A stretch of DNA of 50,831 nt, from positions 1 to 50,831 of the forward strand of contig JAHBMJ010000306.1 of assembly GCA_018398765.1 (NCBI GenBank). Reading direction: 5' to 3'. The DNA is from Chromera velia (taxonomy: Eukaryota). The notes under the pieces are model-generated. The model saw nothing but the letters and a program-made list of their open reading frames with translations, ran no database searches and had not been told where the DNA came from. This document shows, in pieces, positions 12,736 through 23,557 of the stretch (its first letter is position 1; every line of letters starts with the position of its first letter). The position numbers and the translations under genes are program-made.

Positions 12736-13023
12736 CACAAGCACGAATTGACGCACGCCGCCCGTCTCTTGGCACCTCAATGAGCCGTCTCCTCATCAGC
12801 GAGAAGCATTGTCTCAACGTGTGACATCGTGTGTACTTTTCATTAATAACAACCGCATCCGATAACGTTTCTCTCGCTTTCCGACTTTCGAATTCTAAGC
12901 AGCTGCATCTACACGCGCAAGCTTGTCAGGGCATCTGAAGGCAGTAAGTTGGGCAATTTTTGTGGTGGACCTGCCCTTTAGCCCCTCATCCATCTACCTA
13001 CCTCTTTCTGGGTTGCTGGGGAC

Positions 13024-14164
13024 ATGAAGGCTGCTGTGGCTTTGACGCTCTTGGGCGTGTGCGAATTTGGTGAGTCGGTCTCTGTCCAATCTGACAGAAT
13101 CAGCCCTTTCGAGTGGCAGTTGTCCAATGGCGTATTTCCTTCCATGAATGCACTCAGCCTCTCAGCAGCTGTCCCGTAGACGCGCTGTGCAGTACTGGGA
13201 ATGGAAACACCCGCATTGCCCCTCAAGGTCTTCATGCCCAATCAGCTTCCTCCCTGTGTGTGGTCTTTTTTCTTCTGCGTGCAGAGCGCGCGTCTGCTTT
13301 CTTGCGAGGAGGTGCCTTGAGGCCTCGTGTCGAGCTGCGACGAGCAGCAGGGAGGGCGTCTTCGACGGAGCTTGCGGCTTCGTTCTCTAATTTTGTGAAT
13401 GTTGACAGCAGTGCGGCGACAGTCGGGGCAGAGTCCGTCAGGGGGGGACTCGAGGGACTTTCCGGAAAGGTTGGTCTCCCTGCCTGTCTGCCTCCCTGTC
13501 TGTCTCCCTGCCTGTCTGTCTGCCTGCCTGCCTGTCTCCCTGTCTCCCTGCCCTGTCTGTCTGCCTGCCTGCCTGCCTGCCTGTCTCCTTGTCTGTCTGT
13601 CTGGAACCGAAAAAGCAAAGTAAAGAAAAGACGATATAGTCTGTCTGTCCGTCCGTCTGCCTGTCTGTCTGTCTGTCTGTGTATGATGCTGGTGGATGTT
13701 TGTGAGTGAGTGAATCGAAGTAACGATAAACAGACCATGTGGTCCGTCTGTATGGATGACTCTGTTCGGCTATGTATGTGATTTTCGAGTTCGTAGGTTC
13801 CTGTAGGCTCTGGAGTGGAGCTCTTCTCTTCGTGCATCTGTTAGTGTGCAAACGAATGGGTTTCCTTGCTGTTGTGTTGATCAATTCTTTGCACGACCAG
13901 GCGACCCCCCGTCCGTTTATCTGCCTGCCTGATGAAACGTGTTCCTCCAGCAAGAGCAGGAATTAAAGGCTGTCTACTGCCGGTATTCTTCCTTTGTTTT
14001 CGTCCTCTGAGCGTCGCCTCTTTTTCATTCCTTAATGCGTCTGCTTGGGGACTCCGGCCTCCCTTTTGCCCGTTTATGTTTATGCTCATTTGCTTTGTTG
14101 TTATGCATTAATTGCTGCTATGCCTGCATCTCAATCCGTCGTCTCATATTCACAAACCCCATGG

Positions 14165-14218
<54 letters not shown>

Positions 14219-14859
14219 GTGTGTGTGTAAGTGTGTGTGTAAGTGTGTGTGTGTGTGTGTTGCTCCGTCCCGTGCAGCAACTACTTCGGGACTTTGATTT
14301 CACCGGCCCCGTCGCTTCTTCCTTTGATGACTCCCTCTTTCTCAGCGTTGCCCCCGTGAAGCAGGGAGACACCACGCGTGTTGTCAAGACCGGATGGTTC
14401 GGAAAGGAACCTACATACCCGGCCTCAACAGTACCCCAGGCAGTCGCAGTAAAGCCCAAAGCACCTGCGCCCACTGCAGCCCCCGCCCCCGCACCGACTG
14501 CTGCCCCCGCCGCCCCTGCAGTAGACAAGGCAGCAGAGCAAAAGGCGGCAGCAGAAAAGGCAGCTGCTGAGAAGGCAGCTGCTGACAAAGCTGCAGCCGA
14601 GAAGGCAGCTGCGGACAAGGCAGCTGCAGACAAGGCAGCCGCGGATAAGGCAGCAGAGAAGGCGGCTGCTGATAAGGCTGCGACCGACAAGGCAGCCGCT
14701 GATAAGGCCGCGGCAGACCAAGCAGCGGCCCAGAAGGCCGTAGCTGAGGAGAAGGCGGCCGCTGAAAAGAAGGCAGCGGAGGAGAAGGCAGCCGCAGAGA
14801 AGAAGGCCGCAGAGGAGTCGAAATCGAAGGAGACTGTGTCAAAGCCCAAGAAAGAGTGA
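13024..14859 (+). CDS. Putative plastid-targeted protein with an Ala/Lys/Glu-rich (AAEKA/AADKA) tail; exons 13024-13069, 13285-13469, 14278-14859
   Basis: Spliced N-terminus MKAAVALTLLGVCEFERASAFLRGGALRPRVELRR: signal peptide, ASAF motif and Arg/Ser-rich transit-like segment. GT-AG introns are in phase. A Pro/Ala linker precedes about 20 pentapeptide repeats. Confidence 0.75.
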
Positions 14860-16692
14860 GTCAGAGAGAACTTCCTTTCCATGCAGAAAATACAGGGAGA
14901 TTTTCTCCCTTTCAACTGTCTTTCCGACTACCTTGTATCTGTTTTGCTCAGAAGAGGATTACAGACCTCGCAGGTTGAAACAGAATTTCCCGCAGTAGAA
15001 AGAAAGTAAGACTGCAGCATCACAAAACGTTGGTGGAAAGGATGAAATATGGAACACTGCAAGAAGGAACTGATGCACCTCTGCTGCTCTTTTTCTGTGG
15101 TGCTCACTGACGTTCAGATCTGGTGTTTTTCTTCGCTTTCCATGCAGAGGTCCGGTCTGACACTCACACGGCTCTTTTTCATCTCAGCGTGCATTCAAAT
15201 ATGAGCGTATCTTGACACCTGTGTGGCGTGTACACGTATGTATGTGTGTGTGAGAGTGTGTGCAGGAAGAAGAAGTGGGAGTACAAAAAGTAAACCAGAT
15301 CAGCCGGAGTCGTAGGAGAGATCCCCTAGCAGGCGGACAGAAGAGAAGAGATGACTGGATGCATGGTTTGGCGGAGGCACCAACCAAAGAGAGAGAATCA
15401 GAGTGTGCGTGCGTCACGGCCTGAAGACGCATTCGGAAAATGTGACACAAACAAGAAGGGGGGGGGGGCAGAAGGAGACAGACCGGAGACTGACAGATAG
15501 AGATACAGATCGTATTGAGGAGCAGAAAGAAGAAAGACGTGATTTGTCTCTTCGCCATTCAGTAAGCACGTGGAGGGGAGGAAGGGAATGTCTCTGACAT
15601 GACAGCGTTGCGGGGTGAGACAAATAAAAAGAATCCGTTTAATTATTTGACACGGTGGCCACTTGTGTATCTATCGTGCGGGTCTGGCGGGGAAACGAGG
15701 CAGTGCCATTTTGGGCTGGGCGTCGATCGGGTGAAACAGTCGGAAGACCAGGAAGAGAAGTACAGCTTCGACTGGGTGCAGACAGATCTAAGACAGACAG
15801 GCAGAGACAGATATAGTAGAACAGAGAGAAACACGTGGACGTTGAGTTCGGTCTTTTTCTTCTTTTTCTTTCAGCATTACCAAAGATTCATCTCTCTGTT
15901 TTTGTTCAGCCTTGTTGCTTCCGCCTCCCATCTAGGCACTTGCCCGCCTGTTGTCACACTCCTCCATGCACATGCAGTCGGTTAGTAGTCAGACTGTCCT
16001 GGGCATGAATGTATTTCTGCAAACGGCAGCATCCCATCTTGCTCGTCTCTTGCACAACGGTGCAGACGGCATTTGGAAGATCGAACGAAAAACAGAAAGA
16101 AAGAAAGAAAGCCACAGCAATCAGTGAGTCTTGTCTGTGATGGCCCTCCCCTCTGATCGACTTACGTACTTCCACGCTTGCATGAAGAACCGCTCCTCGC
16201 GCTATTCTATGCCTTCCTAGCTCCTGCTGTCAGCCCCTTCTATCAGCTCGTTGAAATTAACGTATACTGCAGGGAGGACGTCGTGGCCATGTCTGCATGA
16301 GCACTTGATCGATCACGCAGCCATCGTGATGCATCCCGAATATTCAGAATGCATTCCGCCAACGAACACAATATCACTCCATCTTTCCTGAACGTCATCG
16401 TCAAGATTCTTTTGACTTCACCGTCGGATCAGTCGGCTGCATGTATCAGATTCTAGGCATGTATGAGCAAGTTCAGAGCAGCTCTAGGAGCAAGTACAAT
16501 TCTAGCTATAATTGTTTACCCCAATGATCCCATATCCGTGAACTACATGCACATAATGTGCCTCACATGCATACAAAGCATCGATTGATTGGCAAGCTGG
16601 TGACGATCGAGGCTGCCGGTCTTCCTCAGTACGTGCGTGGTTTACGATAGCTTGTAGGTTGCAATTGCTAATTCATTTTTCAATTCTTTTTA

Positions 16693-16730
16693 ATAAGATT
16701 AGGAATTTAGGATTAGGATTTATGTTTCAT
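16693..16730 (-). repeat. ACATAAATCCTAATCCTAA tail (retroelement-type 3' end)
   Basis: Reverse complement reads AAACATAAATCCTAATCCTAAATTCCTAATC, the same tail as at 19038-19062 and 33850-33869. Confidence 0.55.
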
Positions 16731-18230
16731 GCAGGCTTATCCCAAGCTAGGTCCCGAGGTCCACTCAGACTCCACTGCCGGGCGACGGCTGGCAGTTTAT
16801 CATCTTTAAAACATTGATTCGTAAGATGAAGACATAAAAAAATTTCTTAATTTTTAAATTAATTAATTCTAAAATTACTAGTAAAATTAATTATACATGA
16901 TGGATTGTGATTGAGGGATTATTCTATCAGTGTACATTTTTTTTTCAATTAATTCTTTCCGCGTTTGTACGTTTAGATCGACACACCAGCCTGCAGGAGG
17001 GAGTTTCTAAAATATATATCCTATCCCATCACGGACTTATTTTATTGTGACGGTGTAAGGACATCGAGGCTTAGCAGTAGACCGCGAGGCACCCCGGAAT
17101 ATAAATCCTATCCGATTCTATCCTATATATATCTGAAGAAAAAACTAGAGAAAAAAAGAGAACTATAAGAGAAAGAACGACTCAAAGAGGCCATAGCGGG
17201 CCATAGAGGGCATAAAAAGAAGGTTTTATTCGTACTTACATTAGTACCACTAGTAGTACCGTCTTAAGAGACAGTCTCAGACAGATCTAAAAACAAATAG
17301 ACACAGAACTGATATAAAAGCGCGGAAAATGGGAATAATACGGCCGTACCCGTGACTCTGTACGCTTGGGAGTAGATGCCAGCCCTCCAGGTTTCCTCCT
17401 TCCTTCAATGTCAACCAGACAACAATCAACCAGACAAGCCGCACTCATGGCCGCAGCCAGTTTTTGCTAGGCTCTCCATACTAAATAAAAAACTAAAAAA
17501 ATTAATTCAAGTTTTAACCCAATTTTATTTATTTATTTTTTTATGTATGGGGAGCCTAGAGTTTTTGAGAAGGCAGTGCTGTGCCAGTATAGAAAAAAAA
17601 AATCGGAGGAGACGGTAAAAATCTGGGGGCATGACTTGATGGGGGTTTTAATTTCCACCTGGGTCAGGACGGCAAGTCACAGGTATGCACACGCCATGGA
17701 GCACTTGAGGACGGCTGTGATGGCGTCAGCTTCCCAGTATATGAACACCGGTCGGGGAAAAGCAAAGAAAATAAAGAAAAAGAGAAAAAGAGAGAGATGA
17801 GATAGAAGAAGGCGGGTAGCTTGGCTTCCCCCGGCCATCTTTTAATCCTACAGACCAGCGTTTAAAGCCGACCTTTTCTCATAGTTCAGAGCAAGCCCCT
17901 TTTAAGCCGCTGGGGGTCATTTATCATGTTTTTGCGTGTGCTGTCTCCTTTGAAGGAGGGTTGCTGAGCTTGTCTTTTGCCAAACGTTGGAAGCCTCGAA
18001 GGCTAGGCCAATAGTCTAGGTAGACACTCTGTCTTTCACTCGCAAATCAAGTATAACTTAATATTATCCCCACCGTAATTCAACTGTATCTATGTTTGTA
18101 GGCAGTAGCAATGGTTTTGAAGTTTGAAGTGTAAGGCAAGAAATTCATGTGTCGTGATGAGATGTGTCATTGTATGTATGCGTGTATGGTGTGGAGTAAT
18201 GTCCATGAATATATGGTGGAAGGCGGACGT

Positions 18231-18722
18231 CCCTCTGTGTATCTCGGGAAAAAACGTTCTTGGTGACTCTGAAAAGTATGAAAGAAAAGAGAAGTGAACT
18301 CTCGATTTCCCTTTCCTTTTTCTTCTCTGTTTGAAAGTTTCTTTTCTGCAACTCCCTCTGTCATCTCACCCTTTTTGAGTTAGATAGAACAACAAGAAGC
18401 AACCCATAAGAAGAGAGAGGGTTTTTCATTCCCCTTTGTACGTCTCGGGAAAAGAACGTTCTTGCTTACTCAGAAAAGTGTGAAAGAAAACAGAAGAGTA
18501 CTTCTCTCTTTTTCTCACTTAGTCTCAATTCTTTGTTCTTTTTGTTTCTTGCTGAGTCTGGTTGAAGTTTCCTTTCTTGTCACTTTCTCTGTTACTTTAT
18601 CTTTCTGAGTCAAACAGAACGATAAGAAGCAACCCATAAGAAGAGAGAGGGCTTTACCGTTCCCCTTTATGCGTCTCAGGAAAAGAAACGTTCTTGGTTA
18701 CTCTAAAAAGTCTGAAATAAAC
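18231..18722. repeat. Degenerate ~200-230-bp tandem repeat, about 2.3 copies
   Basis: TCTC(G/A)GGAAAA..ACGTTCTTG..ACTC.(G/A)AAAAGT.TGAAA occurs in units starting near 18231, 18431 and 18662. AAGAAGCAACCCATAAGAAGAGAGAGGG occurs twice (~18394 and ~18624). Confidence 0.85.
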
Positions 18723-18972
18723 GTGTTCTCTCTCTCACCTGGTTTTAATCTCTTCTCTCTATTTTTTCTCTCCCTTTCTCTCTTGCGTTTCAGCACTAAA
18801 AGTCATTTCGCTTTTGGAAGCCTTTTGCCCCTCTATCAGATGACCTCAGATTGGAACCAGAAAGTCATTCAGATAAAGGAAAAATCATGCCGTATATGCT
18901 TTTTCTTTAATTGTAAACCGTTTGCGGCACAGGCTAGACCTGTGCGGACCGGTCAAGGAGGTCTGATGCGTC

Positions 18973-19062
18973 TAGACGCTTTCCTTGGAAGCTGCACGTC
19001 GGACATTCGGCATTGGGGTGGGAGGCCAATCCTCAGAACATAAATCCTAATCCTAATCCTAA
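18973..19062 (+). mobile_element. 5'-truncated non-LTR retroelement 3' end with (CCTAAT)n tail, copy 1
   Basis: About 90 bp closely matching 33781-33869; ends ACATAAATCCTAATCCTAATCCTAA. Confidence 0.6.
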
Positions 19063-19819
19063 CTGGCACGCAGGTCTAGGGCTCCGGCCCTGAACACAAT
19101 GTAATCCTGTAATCCTATAATCCAACGATGGCGTATGATGATGATGATGATGATGATGAACTAGGGAATAACGGTGAAACAAGGCTTTAAGAAGCAGACA
19201 AACAATATTTCGACCCTTATTTCTTTCTTTTCATGAACAGGCAAAAAGAAGAAGACTAGGAAGAAGAACTAGAAGAAGAACAAACGAAAGAATTTACGAA
19301 AGAAAGAAAAAGACTGATCGATCGAATATAGAACTTAGCGTGTGGCAATCTAGCGAGGGGTGTTGTTTTGTTGCGTAGATGGATGGAAGGTTAAGAGTGA
19401 GGCGGACGTGCTAGGAACAGATCTTAAATGCAGTTTCCCCCCAAGAAAAAGACAGTCTACGTGTTTCTTCCTTTCTCGACAGACAGGGAGACAGATCCAC
19501 AACCAGAGAGAGAGAGGGGGGNNNNNNNNNNNNNNNNNNNNNNNNNNNNNNNNNNNNNNNNNNNNNNNNNNNNNNNNNNNNNNNNNNNNNNNNNNNNNNN
19601 NNNNNNNNNNNNNNNNNNNNNNNNNNNNNNNNNNNNNNNNNNNNNNNNNNNNNNNNNNNNNNNNNNNNNNNNNNNNNNNNNNNNNNNNNNNNNNNNNNNN
19701 NNNNNNGGGGAGGAGAAAGACAGACAGACAGACACACAGACTCCCTGTTGTTTCCTCTTCTGTCTTTCTTTCTCTCCACTCATGAATTGTCAAATCGGAC
19801 AGACAGAAGCCAGGGATGC

Positions 19820-20038
19820 ATCGCACTGACAGACAGACAGACAGAGGGACAGAAAGAAAGAAAGAAAGAACCAACGAACGAACGAAAACACGGACGAACG
19901 AACGAACAAACGCAAGAAAAGAAAAGAAAAGAAAGAAAGAAAGAAAGGAAGAAAGAAAGAAAGAAAGAAAGAAAGGAAAGAAGGAAGGAAGAAAGGAAGG
20001 AAGAAAGAACGAAAGAGGGAAAAAGAGAGGGAAAGGAA

Positions 20039-20078
<40 letters not shown>

Positions 20079-20986
20079 AAGAAAGAAAGAAAGGGCAAAA
20101 AAAAGAGAAGACAGACAGCCGCATTCAGTCTTTCCTTTGCTCCTCTCTTCTATTTTGATATGCAGACAGACAGCCTCTATGTTCCTTCTCCTCCCTTCTT
20201 TTCTTTATGTACACAACCGAAAAACAGAAAGAGAGAACAGAAGACAGATAGACATACATATATACTGGCAGACATACATAGAGGAAGACACACAGACAGA
20301 CAGACTATATCGTCTTTTCTTCACTTCACCTTTTCCGAATCGCTTCCTTTCTTTCGGACAGACAGGCAGACAGACTATATGTTTCTTCTTCTTCTCCCTC
20401 TTACAGACGGACAGACAAACAGACACACAAACAAGCAGACACAGACAGACAGACACAGACAGACAGACTGACAGACAGAGCCTTCCTTTCATTCTCTTCT
20501 GTTTTCTTCTTTTCTTTTGGCGCGCTCTCAGTGGAAGGGTACCAGAGCTCCAGGCCTTAAGTCGTACCCTGCGGCCCTTCACTGCCCAGTGCAGGGTTGC
20601 CCTCTTGCACTTCCACATTCCTTCCATCTGAACGAGTTCGTTTCTTTTCATTTGCTTTCGCATAGGGACCTTCACAAAAGGTTTGTCTTCAGCAATAGCC
20701 TCTTTCTTCTTCTGGGGATCCCTTTATCTTTTGATTTCTTCTTCTGGGGTTCCCTTTTTCGAGTTGACACTCAGATCAGCAAAATCCCTCTCTACTTGTT
20801 GGATCTTTTCTTTTGACCGCCCGTCCAGATGGAAAGAATGCGTGTGCGTATAAGTATGAGTGCGCGTGTGTATGTGTGTGTGTGTGTGAGTGTTGTGCAA
20901 ACAGACAGACCATATGTGACTTGCTTTGGAAACGGGCGACAGGTTTCTTTCTTGCTTTCTTTCGTTCTCTCTTTCTTTCTTTTTTC

Positions 20987-21022
<36 letters not shown>

Positions 21023-21052
21023 TATATGTTTCTTCTTCTTCTCCCTCTTTTT

Positions 21053-21094
<42 letters not shown>

Positions 21095-21360
21095 CAGACA
21101 GACAAGCAGACAGACAAGCAGACAGACAAGCAGACAGACAAACAGACAGACTACATAGTTTGTTTCCCTCCTCTTCTTCACGAAAACAACAGACAGACAG
21201 ACAGACAGATACACAATATCGTTTCTTCAATTCCCCTCCATATCTTCAACAGACGATAGACAAAACGGAAATACAGAACTAAAGACAAAAGAACGACACG
21301 ACCACTCATACAACGTTGAAAGAGACACACGTAAAGACAGACTACATCGTCTTTTCTTTC
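19820..21360. repeat. Compound simple-repeat region: (GAAA)n, (GA)n, (CAGA)n, (CAGACAAG)n
   Basis: Directly visible tetranucleotide and dinucleotide arrays. Confidence 0.9.
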
Positions 21361-21850
21361 CCTTTAAATTTTCTCTTCCTTCATTCTCATCTGTTTTTTT
21401 CCTTTGTCTTTTGGTAGGCAGGCAGGCAGCCTGCCAGCCAGCCAGCCAGACACACAGACCGTATGTTTCTTACACACAGTGTGACACTCACACACACACG
21501 CGCACACACACAGAAAGATGCACAAATAGATACAGAGACACAGAGAGAGACAGACAGACGAGGCACGCACACACGCCCACACAGATACATGCACACAGCG
21601 ACGGAAAGAAAGCAAAGAAGGACAGACATTCACAAGGAGATGCAAAAACATGCACGCAGCAGCTCTCCAACCACGCAGAAGAAGCACAAGCACATTGAGG
21701 AGAGAAACCTCCACACAGACTGACGCCAGACACACTGATTATTTGCGACAACAGACCTGCCTCCGCGGGCGGGACAGCAGCTGGAAAGACGTATACATTC
21801 AGAAACCATTCACAAATGCACAAAATCAATCCATGCAAGGTCAAAATCGG

Positions 21851-22600
21851 TCACTCAAATTTGCCTTTTTTTGGTCCAGATGCGGCCAACCCCCCCGTGG
21901 CGCTCATACTTTTTTGTTTTTCCGAGCTAATGCTCACCCCAGTCGGAACGAGAGGCGCTGGTCCACTCAATGCGCCTATCCTCCTCTGATCTATTGGATC
22001 AACAAACCCCGTCAAGACAGGAACCTCCGAAGGGTCTCCCCCCTCTGCCCTCACCATGTCCTCCACCCACTCCCTTACTTGCGTCAACATTTGATACAAC
22101 ACTAGTTTGCTCTCCTTCTGTATGGCCTTCTCAATCCGACCCTTCATGACCGTCTGGTAAACCCCCAACTTTGTCAAGAGATTCATGCCTGGTTGGAATA
22201 TGGTCCCTGAGGGCATTTCGCTTGAATCCTTTTCGAAGGGCTCAAGCAGAAAGTCTTTGTACCGAAACAAAATATTCCGTCTCTCGGAGATGTCCTCCGT
22301 GTCCATCAGAGCTTCCACCAGACCCAGCATCTTTCTTTTCCGTGGATCTATCTGCATTTTGCTGTCTCCACCTCCAAACTGGGCCGATTCATTGCCCCTG
22401 GGAAAGAGAACCTTCAGCCCTGTGCGCCCATCTCGCCTCCTTGTCCTGGAGACTGGGGAAGGCGTTCGTGCGAGACGGGAAGAGCGTAGTGAGCTCTCAG
22501 GGGGTGGTAGCCGAAAGAAGGCAAACTCAAACCTCGAGAACCCCTCGACTAACAAACACAAAAGCATACAGAAACACAAAGTGACACACCAAGAAGACAT
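21851..22600 (-). CDS. Hypothetical protein, 249 aa, with a signal peptide and probable plastid transit peptide
   Basis: ATG-initiated ORF. Hydrophobic CVTLCFCMLLCLLVEG/F is followed by an R/S/P-rich segment and a helical globular region. A further 3' exon is possible. Confidence 0.7.
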   Translation of the reverse strand: MSSWCVTLCFCMLLCLLVEGFSRFEFAFFRLPPPESSLRSSRLARTPSPVSRTRRRDGRTGLKVLFPRGNESAQFGGGDSKMQIDPRKRKMLGLVEALMDTEDISERRNILFRYKDFLLEPFEKDSSEMPSGTIFQPGMNLLTKLGVYQTVMKGRIEKAIQKESKLVLYQMLTQVREWVEDMVRAEGGDPSEVPVLTGFVDPIDQRRIGALSGPAPLVPTGVSISSEKQKSMSATGGLAASGPKKGKFE

Positions 22601-22884
22601 CTCTGCTCTCCGTCCCTACAGTCAGGTGGTCGGGAGACAGAGAGACACCAATGAGAGAAATCTGGGGTGTTTGAACTTCCAGAAGACGCTTTTGTGAAGG
22701 CCCAATGCCTAACAGCTTCTCAAAGAGACCTGGACTCAAATGGGGCGATATTTATGCACTGCAGAATCTGCTGCTTCTCCACTACAGAGCCTCATAGAGT
22801 CACAGTCACAAATGGGATAAGATTCCATGCAAGCTCCAACTGTTCTCACATGCACCAAGTTCATGCCAAAAAAATAAGCGGCGA

Positions 22885-22960
22885 ACGCCATGCAGTCCGC
22901 GCGCCGCCGCGCGGGGGCCGCGGGCCCGGGCCGGGCCGCGCGGGTTCAAACATGTGCATG
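22885..22960. promoter_or_regulatory. Candidate bidirectional promoter core between the hypothetical gene and the Fuzzy-like gene
   Basis: Nearly pure G/C tract ending GCGCGGGTTCA (22938-22948), flanked by CATGCA and TGCATG. Confidence 0.45.
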
Positions 22961-23557
22961 AAGCTTCGATCGGACCTCCATCGTCTGCTTCCATTATCTC
23001 TCATTCATATCGTCTTCTTTCCTCTGTCATTCCACCAGATTAATATGGGTAATCTGTCCACTGCACGTCTGGACGAGTTGTGCGACTGGTTGTTGAGCCT
23101 GTCAAAGCTTGCCGAGAGGCACAACCCGAAAGAAAAAAACGGTCGATGACGGCCGGGAAAAAGAGGCGTAGCTTTGGCTGCGATGTCATCAGTAAAACCC
23201 TGGCCATGGTCCCCCAGGCTCCATTTATGAGCTGACCGAAGCTCCACATTAAAGTTCCATTCGTTCTCGCTGTGACTATTTTTTCGTGAAAGTGTGAGAT
23301 CACCATCACACGCACGCTGTGCTCTTCTGCTCTGCCCTTCCTTTATCTGTGGCTGTGGCAGGAAGAGAGCAACACCAACGAGAAAACAAAAAGCTCGAGC
23401 AAACACGTAGCTACCAATATCCTCTCTTTCCCCCTCCTGTAACTCCAGTCTCGGTGTTTTGGATTTTTTTTTCTCCCAGCCGCACTCGTCCTAAGAGAAG
23501 CTAACTGAGGGAGACGGTGTCCCTCTCACCCTTCTGCCGTCTCCTCCGTGCATTGGG

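Noticed and set aside
14500..14859. Bacterial TolA or horizontal transfer
   Set aside because: Similarity is only compositional (Ala/Lys/Glu repeats); the gene has spliceosomal introns and a eukaryotic leader.
15100..16450. Possible small gene or exons on the minus strand
   Set aside because: Short ORFs with no recognisable motif and no consistent exon chain.
19040..19062. Telomere or interstitial telomeric array
   Set aside because: Only 3-4 CCTAAT units, not CCCTAA or CCCTAAA, and attached to a dispersed repeat.
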